Positions 1-13,500 are shown, numbered from the stretch's first letter. The stretch is 64,000 bases of DNA from Gordius albopunctatus (GCA_964276515.1 OZ193910.1:4464001-4528000), one strand, 5' to 3'. The notes: generated by a model from the letters alone, not told the origin. Made by a program: numbers and translations.

Positions 1-3000
1 AAAATAGCTTTGTCTTTACGCTACGGCGTGTAACTTAAGGGCACATTTGATATTACCGAAATGAGGAAGGAGGCGTGTTGAAGTAATATGCTGTCGAACC
101 AGGTCAGAGTTGGCTTCAACCTTGACAAAAAATTAAGATATTATCCATTTAATCTTTGGATCAGTCATCAGCTAAAGAATCCCATTTAAATTTTTGCAAA
201 TTTTGACATGAAATAGCTTAAAAACCTATACAAGTCTAAAAACTAGAGGGCTAAATTGGGAAATAAAAACAGCTATTTAATGAAATGTCAATTTGCAACC
301 AAGTACATATGTGCTGATCGATTATACATCATGGCTTGGGCGCGGCCAGCATTGGAATTAGAGGGGGGGGGCAGTAATGATTTAGGGAGGGGCAAAATGA
401 TAATTTTTTGAAAATTTAACCATATTTTATAAAAAAATTTCAACGAATCTTTGGATTTAGAGGGGGGGCTCTAAGCCCATGCATCACGGGTAAAAAGACC
501 GTAGGACACAATTTCTAAGATTAATGTACTCGTTGATTTTAGCGAAGGTCATCCGATGCCCTAATTCTGTAATGAAGGGGCATATCCACTTGAGAGGTAA
601 TCTCTTTACCGTTTCCTTTATGACGTTTTCGTTATTCGCCTGCAATACATCCTGAAGCGCAAAAAACATTAGAAATCATGCAAAATATTGATGATGTCTT
701 AAAATAAACGGAGTAAAATTAAGCTAAATTTTCCATAAAAGTTTAAACTTGCACGCTCATCAATAAACATTTTGAAATGATTCCATATCTTTTATAAAAA
801 TTTATAATGGCTAGTTAAACTTCTTCCTCATATATTCTATACATTAAAATTTGATTTTGTTCGTTTTTAATACATTTCGCCTCTTATATCTTTAAAGCAC
901 ATAAAGCTATCGAATTTTTCGAAACGAATAAACATAATTTCAAACCCAAAGTTTCATGCGGTCTCCAGCTTGCAGGCATTGCGTTATGAGCGCCACAAGG
1001 GTATCGGCTTTGGGGATGTAATTGGGAAGAGTAGCGTTGTTTGACGCTTTAACGCTAGGTTCGGGAGCGTTTTTAAGGTCAACGCGCTTCTTTTTACTCT
1101 GGCGACCTGATAAAATTTCTCGGATTCGGGAGTCAAGCGTCATCGAAGCCTGTTTGAAATTATCAAATTAAATAAGCTTTAAAGTAAATTTTTCTAAAAA
1201 ACTAAAACTTACTTTAATTTTATTATTATACTAATAAATTAAGAAGACTAAATATGGAAACTAATTGTAGCTCAAATGGCCTGATCTAACCAAACTGTCA
1301 TCAAACGTGTTAAGTTTAACGATCGACGAAAAGGGGTTCTTTACGTATTTTAAAATTCTATGACTATATTATAAGCGTGACAATATAAATATTTTAATAA
1401 AAATCTTTGTAAAATTTAGAAAATGATGATTTGACTAAGTTAACACTGACAAAATGTTAAATTGTTATATTACAGTCATTTTTTAACATCAGCCCAGATA
1501 TAAAAAAACTGAGTGTATTTTCATTCAATTACATACTTTAAACTTAAAATGTTACTAGTAATGTTTAAACCTTAGGATCGACTACAGTTTTGATTTGTGA
1601 GTCAGGCACCTCCATTTTGGATGTATGACCGCCATCTTTAGTTTCTTTCAAATCATCATACTCCCTATATATTATATTGTCCCCGGCGTTGAGTTCATCA
1701 CAATTCTATGATAAATTAAAATCCGTATTTATAAAATTTCCCATGAGCCAAAATATAAATTAATATATTAATCAACATAATTGTTATATTATGATATCTA
1801 TTAACCTCGTACATAAAAAATAAAAGCAGAACCTGAATAATTAAGACAACCCAAAATAGAATTGGTTAAATAAAAAATAAGGGTTATGATTATTAAAAAT
1901 CACAGTGCACAATCACGTTTTCCAGTCTTAAAAACTTTTTAAAGTTCACATTAAACTGTCCAAGATGAATTCAATTTGCACAAAAGTTCATGGTTTTCCA
2001 TAACTTTCAACAATAAGTATATTATATATGTAAAATAAACACTTCACATTTGTTATTTACCTCCCCCCCCCCAAAAAAATGTAATTTTTTGTTCCCTTAT
2101 TGTTGTAGCATAAAAATTTCAACATAATTTTATATTCTTTGGCAAAAAATTGTTAAACAGTGGTAAATATGATTGATGAATCAGCATATATGATAATGTA
2201 CTATTGATTATTTAAAACAGGAATGTCTAAATATAGGAAAATTGTTAAGAATCTGAAAAATTGAGTTTAAAGAATAAAACAAAATTTGCAAACCATCTGA
2301 TTCCAAGTAAAAGTACCTAGTTGATTTAATGGCTCTTAGAAATATTAAAATTTATTTAAAAATAATAGCTATATAAAATTTATAAATTATGCTAATTCTC
2401 TAAATAAGCAAGCTAAATAATAAACAAAATCTAAACAATTTTACCAGGCTATAAAATTGTGGCAGGTTTGTAGCAGGTTTTAAATACCAAAGGTGAAGAA
2501 TCAAATGATGTTGAAGTATTTTAACACTATCTTCTTCTGATAGCGTTTTGCTTGCATCACAACTCAAAAATTTAGTGCAAACTATGGGCAAAATTAAAGA
2601 GTCTTGCTCATTCATTTTTTTAATTTTAAAACACACATTTATTATTGGATGGATGGGTTTTGCATGAGCACTAAAAAGTATACGAGAAAATACAATCACC
2701 ACAAAATAAGTTCAAGAACGTGCAAAATATTAAAAATTTCCTATAAACTTACACTGAAGTATCTGAAACAATTAGATAAAGTTTGCCAACCTTTGTAACT
2801 ACAGAGGTATAAGTGATATCCTAAAAATAATAATTCAATATTATACATAATTTTTCATACTAATGAATCAAGGGAATGAATAGTGTCAAGGTTGTGAACA
2901 TTGTTTTCTAGGTTATAAATAGCATAAGGTATTATGACATTATCATCCATTTCTTTAATTGACCTTAAAATATGCAATAAAGTTTATAGAAACATAAATC

Positions 3001-3964
3001 AATACCATAATTTAATGTCTCTTTCATTAAAAGATGAAGTTACAAATTGAAGATCTTCATGCTGACTGCTTGAATCAATTGTTTCACTCTCAATTTCTTT
3101 GCCCTTATTGCTCCGTAGTTTTTTTTTCAAGGGTGTTAATTTTTTAGGACCATTATTTGTTTCATGAAAATATTGAGTCACAATTATACTATTAATAGGC
3201 TCAATATGGCCTATAAATGTCTAATTAAACATAAGTAAGTTTAATTTGACCCAACAAATTAAATTATAAAAAATAAAACTTATTTTGAAAATATTATTCA
3301 CAATGATTTTTATTAACCTTAAGAACTTGCTGAGTATTGATATCCCATAATTTTACATTTCTACTAGCTGTTAATAAATAACCTGAATCATCACATACTT
3401 GAATAGCATATATAGCATTGTTATCTGCCTCCCATTTTCTTAACAATTATTAAAAATTTAGCTTAAAGTGTTACTTTATTGTGGATTCCTCAACATTCAA
3501 AATGCTAATATATTTGTCATTAGAACAAGCATACAGATTTGCATTATTAAAATCCCAAACCAATGCATTTATAGCATCTCTGTGTTCTGATATCTATTTA
3601 ATCATTAGGGCACTTAAGAATAAGATATACCAATGGCTTCATCTCCCCCTGATGTAAAAGGTATACATACATTGCCCCAGTTTTTAAACCTAATGCAACT
3701 TGATTGTTCTCTTCATTTAACTGATGACGTTTTTTGCTACGAACGGTTCTTTTCTATAAAAAAATAAGATATTATAATAAACTATAAAACTATTGGTCGG
3801 GTCCATTTCACTGCAGTTATACTGGAGGATAGATGTGCTGGCAACTGAAACTCATTTAGTAAACTATTGTCTTCTGGTTTCCAGATTTGTAGCTTATAAC
3901 TGTTATTTACAGTTAATAAAAAAGAATTTAAAGGGCATGCTTCATATAAAATATATTTATCCAT
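1..3964 (-). CDS. WDR43: WD-repeat protein 43 / U3 snoRNP UTP5-like; multi-exon; 3' end runs off the left edge
   Basis: ATG at 3964. Short exons give WD40 segments (KLQIW..QLPAHLSSSITAVKW; EHRDAINALVWD; LLTASRNVKLWD; FIGHIEPINSI; ERDIKLW). A C-terminal Utp12-like segment follows (LVALITQCLQAGD.. / DVLQANNENVIKETVKRLPLKWICPFITEL; TWFDSILLQHASFL near 60-120). Exon boundaries only partly resolved. Confidence 0.8.
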
Positions 3965-4196
3965 ATGTAAAATTAAGTCTTAGACAAATGTACTAAACGT
4001 CTAACGCGGAAATGATATTCCTTAAGTTTCTTCACATATTTATTTATATTATAATGCTTAATCAAAGTAAAGTAGCTCTAAAAAATTTTAAGATAAAATA
4101 GGTGCTATATGATTCAATATCACGTTCAGAAAAATTTAAACAGTGCTTAAACAAATTTTTACTTCAAATAGTTGGATGAAATAAATGATGTAGGCG

Positions 4197-5194
4197 TAGA
4201 GAACTGCAAAGTCACCCTTTTAAGCCCAAACCCAAACCAAAAATGTATTATGATTTTTATCTTGAACCCGACCTGACTGATTAGCATTATAAAATCTTCA
4301 ACCTGACAGTGACCCGAGCCCGACCCAAAAGCCCTTTAAAATTTTAAACCCGAATCCAACCCAACTGCAAGAATGAAAAAATTGCTGTGTGTAAAATTTA
4401 ATCCACAAATTTAAGCGTGAATTATTAAACTAATTGACCACAAACTTTGATTACATCAGTGGCAATTAATTTGAAATATATAGTTTTTTAAATGAATCCA
4501 TGGGCTTAGACAGGGGGCAGGGAAAGGCGGCTGCCCCCTCTAAATCCAAATATTTATTCAAATTATAGCTAAAATATCAAAAAATGTTAATTTTTTCCCT
4601 CCCTTAATATCATTTCCCGCTATAATTCCAATGTTAGCTACGCCCATGAATGAATCATTTAATAAATTTTAACTTACTTTTATTTTGGTTTATGAATACA
4701 TATTTATGTAGTTTGAATTAAATTCAACTAATAGAGTCAAAGTTTTTGCTAAAATTGATTCACCTGATTATTTTAACCTAAAAAATCTAACTTTATATCA
4801 AAAATTTTAAAAAATATTATTTAATTTCCTTTTCACGAGTCAAATTTAAATTTGAGTCCTAATTAAAACAATCATATTTAAAAAACAAAAGGTAATTAAT
4901 TAACTGAATTAATGGTCTTCAATTATACAATTTTATATTAATTAAAAATATTGTATATAATAGTAGCAATAATTTAAATAGCATGCCCCGTGTATTCTGC
5001 AATGTAAAATTCTTAACCTTTGACCCGACACTTTAAATCCAAATCGTCACGACCCGAAATCATTAACAAAAATTTTAACCCGAACCCGAGAGCATTTTAA
5101 AATTTTTGACCCAAACACGAACCGACTCAAAGACATTTTAAACTCTTCAACCCGAATCTCGGGTCGGGTTTCGGGTCACCGGTGAAGGTCTCTA
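4197..5194. mobile_element. Non-autonomous hAT-type element (TAGAG..TGCA TIR family)
   Basis: Ends tagagaactgca / gaaggtctcta; arrays of acccga subterminal motifs; degenerate 8-bp TSD tgtaggcg / tgtagagg; related to 17429-17581 and 57769-58621. Confidence 0.75.
4499..4648. mobile_element. hAT-type MITE (CATGGGCGTAG family) nested in the 4197-5194 element
   Basis: Ends catgggcttag / ctacgcccatg; perfect 8-bp TSD aatgaatc at 4491-4498 and 4649-4656. Confidence 0.8.
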
Positions 5195-6642
5195 TGTAGA
5201 GGTGTCCTCTAAATTAATTATCATCATATGCTTTTTCAAATTATATATCATTAGACCTATTGCAATTTTTAACTAATGCCCGGTTAGTAGTCATAAATCC
5301 CGCTTTTTTATGAGAAAAAAAAAATCTCAACCCTATACCTATTCTCTTTATTTAGCCATAACTTGTAAGATTGTTTTTATAACTAATAAATAGGCTGTCG
5401 CAAAATTACATCTGAGTGACTACATAGTAATGGATCACTTTAAATAAGAAAGTGTTTATTAACCGAGTATATTAGGAAGAAGTTTGCGTTAAAACTCACT
5501 TAAATCGTAATAAATTATAGAGGTCATGTCATAATTAAATTGAGCCTAATAAAGCTAAAAGCAATTTTTTAAAGCTTGGCTTATAAATATTACTATTTGG
5601 TCAATACATTAAGGTTGGAGCCTAGACGCAGCTCATAAAAGCAAAACCATTTTATAATAAACTTTGTGACCGATTTTCTTTTATCCTATTAAAAATATTC
5701 AAACTTTTAAAATCGCTTAGGTGTACTCTTATATACTAATGAATCTTTAATACAAGAAAATGTAGATTTCTATCTATCATTTTTTTCAAGTAGAGCCTTT
5801 AGTATAAAATGCGGAAGGGCCGAGGCAGCGAAGACACAACAATAGTAAGCAAGCAATAGTAAAGGATTTAATCTCAATGCATCCGCGTTTAGCACCTTAA
5901 ATATAGGGATTTTATTCAACTATAACACTTAAATAAAATCTGTCATCGAATCGACCTCAACTTATCATTCGATACTAACACATGGCTACAACTACAAGCC
6001 ACATTATCAACAAAATGAGGAGGCCTGGGAATTCGTTCATCCGGTTTCTTATCATTGGCCTCATTGACAGGACGGTAGCGCCAGTTGTGTCGGTAGCGCC
6101 GGTGGGCGTGGAAGTGGTTTCGATGGACACCAGTCAGGTCGTGGTCAACCCTGAGGAAGAAATGACCCTATTGGAGAATACTCCAGGGCGGGACAGACGG
6201 ACCTGGTGGTCCCTCAATTTGTAAGGATGAGGTGTAAGGATTCGTAACCATTACATGCGTTGATTATGATTATAATTACAATTTTATTATGTAAAATGTA
6301 CGATATCGCTTCTTGTAACGGTTAGTCATAAAATATTTTACTCAGCTGTATTTTTGTAGTTATTAAAAAATCTCTAATTCTGATCTATAAAACCCCCTTA
6401 CGAAATAAGCGGTTCCTTTATCCATTTTACCCTCCCTTTACCATATTGACTTGGACTACGATATATACCGTTAGACGCCACGCTATAGGCAGTTAAACCG
6501 TCAATAAACGAAATACTTTCAGTCCCAACATTCAGACTCAACGTCCAACCTCAAAACATTACTATAATCTTTGTGTTCTCTTATTTGTGGACATTATTTA
6601 AAGTTGAAGAGCAGTCTATCTTATCTATGAATAAAACAGGCT

Positions 6643-9600
6643 CTTCTTCTTCTTTATCGTGTTGAAAATCCCACAGACGTGGGGTACGTTTTCAGCAGCC
6701 TCTTCCATCTGAGTCGTGTGAATTCCATCCCAATTTCCATCTGTTTGACGTCCATATCCTTTTCGACCAGTCGTTTCCAGGTGGCACGTGGTCTGCCCCT
6801 TCCTCTTCTTCCAGGCACGTCCATCTCCAGCGTTCGGCGTGTGACATCGTCTTCGTCTCTTCGTAATACATGGCCGTACCACCGCAGTCGATTTTCTCTT
6901 AAGAAGTCCTTCGTCGCTTGTATACCCATCTTTGTCATCAAGGATTCGTTCGTCATGCGATCCAGCTTGGTGTAGCCTAAGCTCCATCGCACCATTCTCA
7001 TTTCCGTGACTTGCAAGAGCTTCTCCTCCGCGCTGGTTACAGCCCATGTTTCGCTCCCGTAAAGCAAGACCGGTCGCACGATGGTTTTGTACGCCTTGCT
7101 TTTCAACCAAATTGGTATCTTTTTGTCACACATGACACCGGAGATGCTGCGCCACTTGAGCCATGCTTTCTTGATCCGAGAATGGACTTCGGCGGTACAT
7201 CCTCCCTCTTGATGTAATAGCGAGCCAAGATATGTGAACTTATCAACCTCCGTGTACCTTGGACCGTCAATTTTGTGCATTTGAGGACTACCGCCCATCG
7301 TTTGCATGTAAACCGTTTTCTTCTCGCTGACCTTTAACCCGAATTCCGAGAAACGTTCCGACCATTTTTTCGCCTGATAAAAAACCCCTTCTCTTGTTTC
7401 ATCGCATAGGACAATATCGTCGGCATATAGCATAGTCCAAGGGGCTGGCTTGTGCAAGTCCTTTGTTATTGTATCCATAATTAGATTAAACAAGAATGGG
7501 CTTAACGCTGATCCTTGATGTAGTCCGATCATTATTCGGAAGGGTTTCGTTACTCCTACGGTAGTCCTAACAGATGCAACCGCGCCATTATACATTTCCT
7601 TGATAAGTCGAACATATCCTTCGGGTATATTTCTGGCTCTAAGGGACCACCATATTAAGTCTCTCGGAACCGTATCGTAGGCCTTTTCTAAATCGATGAA
7701 GACCATGTGTAATTTCTTTCTTATGTCGCCATATTTTTCCATCGTCTGCTTCAACGCAAAGATTGGGTCCATCGTTGATTTACCGGCCACAAATCCAAAC
7801 TGATTGGGCGAGAGACAGACTTCGTCATTGAGCCTTTTCACTAGCACCCTTTCTAGTAGTTTTAGTGAGTGGCAGGTCAACTTGATACCTCTAAAGTTGC
7901 CACATTCCTGCGCGTCTCCTTTACCTTTGTATATGGGTATGATCGTACTTTCCCTCCATTGGTCAGGGATACGACTCTCATACAGCATAGCGTTAAATAG
8001 GCCTGTCATTATGTCGATTCCTTCTCCTTTGCACCCAAGCCAAGCTTCGATCGGTAGATCATCGGGACATAGCGCTTTCCCTTTCCGCATCTTCGTTAGT
8101 TGTGCTCCTATTTCATAAGCCTGAAATGGTAAAACCAAGTTCGAGTTCGGTTCCACCCTCTCTAGCGGTCTTCTATCATTTGTTTTGTTCATCATATTTT
8201 GGAAATAATCTTTCCATCTTTTGATGACTTCCTTCGGTTTGCACAACGTTCGTCCCTCTTCGCTTTTAATGACTTTAAGTGTCCCGACATCTCGACTTTT
8301 TTTCTCCCTGATCTTTGCGAGTTTATACATGACTATGTCGCCGCCCTTGGTATCGAGCTTGTTTGCCATCTCGGTGTAAGCGTTGTTCTTCGCTATCGCG
8401 ACCGCTATCTTAGCTTTGCGTTTCGCTTCACGATATGCCTCGTAGTCTTCTCCTTTCTTCGTTTTGTACCATCGTAGGTACAACGCCTTCTTTTCTTCTA
8501 TAACCTCTTTGACCGAGTCATTCCAGCACCATAGTTCACGCTTGTGAGCTCTGCCGCCCTTAGTTCGTCCCAATATTTGTAAGGCCGTTTCCTTTAGAAC
8601 ATTTGCAACGGTGCCCCACCTTTTGTTAATGTCGCCCTCCAAGCCTGCAACCTTCAAGAGCGGAGTTGCTCGAGTGTGAAACATTTCATTTGCATGATCA
8701 TCCTTAAGCTTTTCGTACTTTGTCCTTGGTGTGTAGACTTTTCTCCTTACGGGAAAAATCTTTCTTGCTATATCGAGGACAACTGGCCGATGTTGTTTGG
8801 CAATTTCTTCCCCCGGTATAACCTTGCAATCTTTAACTTGCCACAAATTTATGCGCTTCACTAATATGTAGTCGACCTGTGTAAGGTGATTTCCACTACT
8901 GTACGTCGCTAAATGTTCGGTACGCTTCTGAAAGAAGGTATTCACAATGGCCATATCGTAAGCTTGCGCCATCTGTAGTAACTTCTCTCCCTCTTTATTT
9001 TTCACTCCATAGCCATGCCCGCCGTGATTTCGATCGTACACGCCCCTTTCTTTCCCAACGTGCCCATTAAAGTATGCTCCGATGATGAGATTCTCGTCAG
9101 GCTTCACGTAGCGTATTTCTTCTTCGAGCTTCTCATAGAATTCGTCCTTCTCGTTTTCGGAACATCCAACCTGGGGCGAATACGCACAAATAACATTGAC
9201 AAGGCCGCCTTGATCCGCCAGCTTTATGCACATCAATCTATCCGAGCATCGTTTGACTTCGACTACCTTGTCCTTAAAGGAATCGCTAAGCACTATACCG
9301 ACCCCGTTCTTCCGTGATGGGAAACCCGAGTAGTATAGCTTGTAACCATCTCCTAGCTCCCTGGCTTTTGTTCCATGCCACCGTGTTTCTTGTAGACACG
9401 CTATGTGTATCCTTCGCCTTTTTAGCATCTGCGCAACCTCGATGCTCTTCCCCGTCAGCGTGCCCACATTCCAGCTAGCCACTCTTGTCCGTTCGACAAC
9501 TAGGTTCCTTAACCGCCTTCGTTGTGAGTGAGGCGGTGACCCTTGTATACTTTTCACATTGCACGGGTGGATGATGCAATGCGCTTCGTTTGGGGAGGAC

Positions 9601-9733
9601 GCCCTAGCATTCTGGTATAAGTTCGTATTTGAAGCTGCCATGGTGTTTGGAGTTGCTTTTTACAGCCGGCTTCCGACCTGACGCCAACCCTCCACTTTTT
9701 TCACACGGACTTGGGACCGTCGTTGGTAGTGTT
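6643..9733 (-). mobile_element. Apparently full-length RTE-clade non-LTR retrotransposon
   Basis: 17-bp TSD tatgaataaaacag(g/a)ct at 6626-6642 and 9734-9750; (AAG)4 tail next to the stop codon; RTE-type 5' UTR motif cggtcccaagtccg..ggagggttggcgtc. Confidence 0.95.
6654..9641 (-). CDS. RTE ORF: AP endonuclease + reverse transcriptase, 995 aa, uninterrupted
   Basis: APE motifs SWNVGTL, LQETRW, QVDYIL, QHRPV; RT motifs FRGIKL, QFGF, FIDLEKAYD, GLHQGSALSP, LYADD, FTYLGS; C-terminal RLRWYGHV..RGRGRP. Confidence 0.95.
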   Translation of the reverse strand: MAASNTNLYQNARASSPNEAHCIIHPCNVKSIQGSPPHSQRRRLRNLVVERTRVASWNVGTLTGKSIEVAQMLKRRRIHIACLQETRWHGTKARELGDGYKLYYSGFPSRKNGVGIVLSDSFKDKVVEVKRCSDRLMCIKLADQGGLVNVICAYSPQVGCSENEKDEFYEKLEEEIRYVKPDENLIIGAYFNGHVGKERGVYDRNHGGHGYGVKNKEGEKLLQMAQAYDMAIVNTFFQKRTEHLATYSSGNHLTQVDYILVKRINLWQVKDCKVIPGEEIAKQHRPVVLDIARKIFPVRRKVYTPRTKYEKLKDDHANEMFHTRATPLLKVAGLEGDINKRWGTVANVLKETALQILGRTKGGRAHKRELWCWNDSVKEVIEEKKALYLRWYKTKKGEDYEAYREAKRKAKIAVAIAKNNAYTEMANKLDTKGGDIVMYKLAKIREKKSRDVGTLKVIKSEEGRTLCKPKEVIKRWKDYFQNMMNKTNDRRPLERVEPNSNLVLPFQAYEIGAQLTKMRKGKALCPDDLPIEAWLGCKGEGIDIMTGLFNAMLYESRIPDQWRESTIIPIYKGKGDAQECGNFRGIKLTCHSLKLLERVLVKRLNDEVCLSPNQFGFVAGKSTMDPIFALKQTMEKYGDIRKKLHMVFIDLEKAYDTVPRDLIWWSLRARNIPEGYVRLIKEMYNGAVASVRTTVGVTKPFRIMIGLHQGSALSPFLFNLIMDTITKDLHKPAPWTMLYADDIVLCDETREGVFYQAKKWSERFSEFGLKVSEKKTVYMQTMGGSPQMHKIDGPRYTEVDKFTYLGSLLHQEGGCTAEVHSRIKKAWLKWRSISGVMCDKKIPIWLKSKAYKTIVRPVLLYGSETWAVTSAEEKLLQVTEMRMVRWSLGYTKLDRMTNESLMTKMGIQATKDFLRENRLRWYGHVLRRDEDDVTRRTLEMDVPGRRGRGRPRATWKRLVEKDMDVKQMEIGMEFTRLRWKRLLKTYPTSVGFSTR

Positions 9734-10265
9734 TATGAATAAAACAGACTAAATGTTAATAATCATAACTTGATCTAACAACAATCGAGAAAAGTCATGA
9801 TATACAAGGATTTTTTATTAAGTACTTTATGTTCTTAACAAATACTAAACTACCACAAATAATAAATACAAGGCCGCGTATACAATCGTAACAACTTAGA
9901 AAATATACAAGTTTGGTAGACAAGCAAGAGATGTAAGCTTTAAAATATCGAAGCGGGGGAATAGTAATTGGGTGATATCATGAGAATTTAGGCGATAGGG
10001 CGCTAAGATTATATTATCACAGGGGTGTGCTTAAATGATATAAAGTGATTGCGAACGAAGCATTTTGCACGTAATAGAAAACGAAAAGTATGCACAAATG
10101 TAATTGATAAATAAAGATAGTGCGTGCAATGTTGAGCGCTTTGGGGTTTTCGTTTTGATACCAGAGGAGGCGTGTAAAAAAGCGAAATTCGCAAAAGTAA
10201 AGGTATATCACAAGGAACTAGAAATTAGTGTGTACAATAGTAGTTAATGAGAGTTTTGGGATGCG

Positions 10266-10414
10266 CAAGGGTGTAGTCAGCATTGGGATTAGAGGGGGGC
10301 CATAATGATTTAGGGTGGGGGGGGGGCGAATCGATCATTTTTTAAAATTTCAATAAATTTTTTATTGAGAGGGGGGCAGCCGCCCCTCCTTGCCCCGCCC
10401 TGGCTACGCCCATT
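10266..10414. mobile_element. hAT-type MITE (CATGGGCGTAG family)
   Basis: Ends caagggtgtag / ctacgcccatt; 8-bp TSD gggatgcg at 10258-10265 and 10415-10422. Related copies near 330-481 and at 37177-37335 (TSD gtgtcaca). Confidence 0.75.
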
Positions 10415-10557
10415 GGGATGCGTGTGTATATAAATAATAAACAAAAGTAAGGGCAATTTATATAAATTTACATTTTACGGGTTTGCTACAAGTAAGTGGT
10501 GTGAATTTAGACTTAGTTTATAAAATTCCGTGTTGTTTTTCTAGCCAAAACAATTTT

Positions 10558-13500
10558 TCACTTGATTTTTTGGGAATTCTCAGAAGCTCCATTACAAAAG
10601 GACTCTTTATTACAAAATTCCTCATCATTTGGAGGCCGTGTTGAGATTTTGTCGTTGCCTTTGGTCAGCACGGAAGGTCTCTTTACACGAGCGTAAGGTC
10701 CGATAGCTGGATCGAAGATGAAATCGTAGAGGACGCGACACCAAGAGGTGTGGCATGGGAGATCTCGGTAAAATTCTTTAGCAATTTCGGTCACCTACAG
10801 TGTAAAAAATATTTTGTTTTACAAGAAACATACATTCGAAACTTCTTAATCGCAAATCGGATTATCGCGAAAATCTTTTAATCGCGAAGTTAACCGCCAT
10901 TTTGTTTTTTTAAACGATAATATTAACAAAAACATCGTTTATTGACAAATCGCTTAATAGTAAAATATCGGATATTCACAAACATTTTCGAGTCCTTAAA
11001 TCAACCATATAATTATATAAAATATCGTTTTATTGAGAAGCTTAAGAAATGAATATTTAATTTAATGTACATATACTTTTATTTCCATCGTTTAATCGCA
11101 AAATATCGGTTAATCTCGAAAAAAATTCAGGCCCAAGGCTTTGCAATTAAACGGTTTTGACTGTAATATGTAAGTTAGTGTCTTTGGATATCAACAACAA
11201 ACAGTTGGGGCTTGTCTTAATATCGGATTTCGCTGCGCAACAAAAATAGTTGTGCGGGTTATAACGGATAGCCGTGTCTTAACCATGAAATTGAATCGGA
11301 TATGTAGTCAAAGATAAATTCGCGGGATTTGAATCTGAATCCGATATTAAGAGAAGCCCTTAGAGGTGTGGTTGAAAGCAATAGATGCTTCAAAAATGAC
11401 ATCGTCCTCAAATGAATAACGCAATGTCATTATTCATAATAAAAATTCATAATATATATCCATTTGGACAATTATATTAAAATCAAATAATCAATTGAAT
11501 TTAGTTAGTTGATGTCATACGTCTTCGTACAAATAAACTTTTTTAATTAAAAAAATGATATTTTTCTTAGAAAATAAGAGAGCCAAGTCAAAGACATAAA
11601 CTATTGCAAGTACTAAACAATAAAGTACTGAAGCATATAAATGGCGAATAAAAATGACTTTATAACAATTACTTGTGGTAATTTACAGCCTGCTACGTTG
11701 GGAAAATCGTGATGCTCCATATGGTACCTAACAAAATTTGAATTTGACAAAACTATATATCAAAAACTTGATAAATATCAAAAAATAAGATGCGCAAAAA
11801 ACGACTTAATTTTAAGTAGCACATTGCCACTGAAAGTTGTGTAAGATTAAATGCGCTCAATGACGAACTTAGCAGAGACCAGAAATACCATTGTCTTAAA
11901 TTTTGACTTTCGGGCGGGCCCAGGGTGGCACCGTAACAACATTTGGGCAATGTATTATATTGCTTTTGTGCATAATTTGTCACTGTTTAATTTGATTTTA
12001 TAATGTTTGTTAATAGTAGTTTGTATCAAAAAAAATCGGGCAGCTTTTATAAGGCGGACACATAGAAGGGCTCGGGTGGGCAGATCAATTATAAAATAAA
12101 CAAATCTGACCTCTGCAACTTATTGCACTAAACTCGACCTCATATTTGAATGCACAACCGTACTCCTTCGTTCTCGCTCAGGCAAAACATAGTTTTCAAC
12201 TAACATTAAAATGTTGTCTCTACAATACGCACAATTGCAGCTCGCTCTACTTCCCACACAAATGATTGCGTACAATGTTTCAAATGAGTTGTGGACGACG
12301 AGACAAAGGTAACGAATTTTCCAAGATCCAGGACCATGGGAAAAATTGGAAAATCAGGTGGGGACAAAATAATATTTTTAAATTGAGAAAAAGGGAGAGG
12401 GGGGGGAATCTGCCCCCTGCATAAGCTCAGAGCCGGGCTATAACGAGCATAAACCTTTGACACAACAAGTAATGCCTCAATATGCCAATACCGTCCAGCG
12501 TAATATTCAATTTTTCACTATCTAAACGGTCCACCCCCCTCCCGCCCGTAACTCGAGCATGCGGGACTTTAATAGACATTTTAGGGAAAATCGACGCCAG
12601 ATTAAATTATTGTCAGCCTAAAATGCATCAATTAATACATATGGGTTATTGTCGAGCCTTTAAGCTTTTAATCATAAAAGCACTTTATCCGTTTTATCAC
12701 CTTTTCAATTTCAAGGTTCTCGCCACAATATTTATTCAAGTATTTAAAACGTACAAAATATCTAAATTAATCGGTCAAACAAGAATCTAACAAAATTGGA
12801 CCTGGTTAGAGGGAACGCACGGTCACATATTAACTTAAGAGGGCGCCATCATCTTTTCACTATACACTAAAATTAAGGAAACTCCGATTTTTTTCATTTT
12901 TTAATTAACCTATATGTCCTGTAACCCGAAATTTTATAAAATAAAAATTTTTTGGGCACTGGGAGAAATTAAATGTCATTAGATCCTGAAAGTCTAAACT
13001 AAATATATCACCTGTAAAATCAACAACTAACCCAACGTTAAAAGTTATGGCATTAAGGGAGCCGTAATAAGAGTAAGTTTCGTAGCCTTTGGCAAACATG
13101 TAATGTTCCGAGATGAAATGACCGGCCACGGGGTGCAGGCCCATAGACATGAGAGAACCGCCAAGCAAGTAAAACAACGCTTTGGGACCGAGGTAATAAG
13201 TCAGGAGGCAATCGAAGCTTAATTGGGTGCAGAGATTCAAGATTTCTAGGCCGGTCACCGGCTTGGGTCGCGTTATGATCGGGCGTAAAGCGTAAAAAAA
13301 TGGCTGAAACACGACCCACACGAATTTGGTGAACGTTCTGTTGAAGAGCTTAGCTTCCAATTGGCACGGGATATCAACGTCTAATTCGTCGTCTCCCTGA
13401 AAAATAACCTGTATAGCAGCAATTTCTAACTGAGCCAAGTGAATTTGGTGAGGTATTTTACAAGTCCGGTTTTGGAAATAGTGAGTTGGATAGCAAAGAC

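Noticed and set aside
6625..9317. Several 60-160 aa ORFs overlapping the RTE ORF
   Set aside because: Alternative-frame or antisense shadows of a GC-richer coding sequence, with no recognisable motifs.
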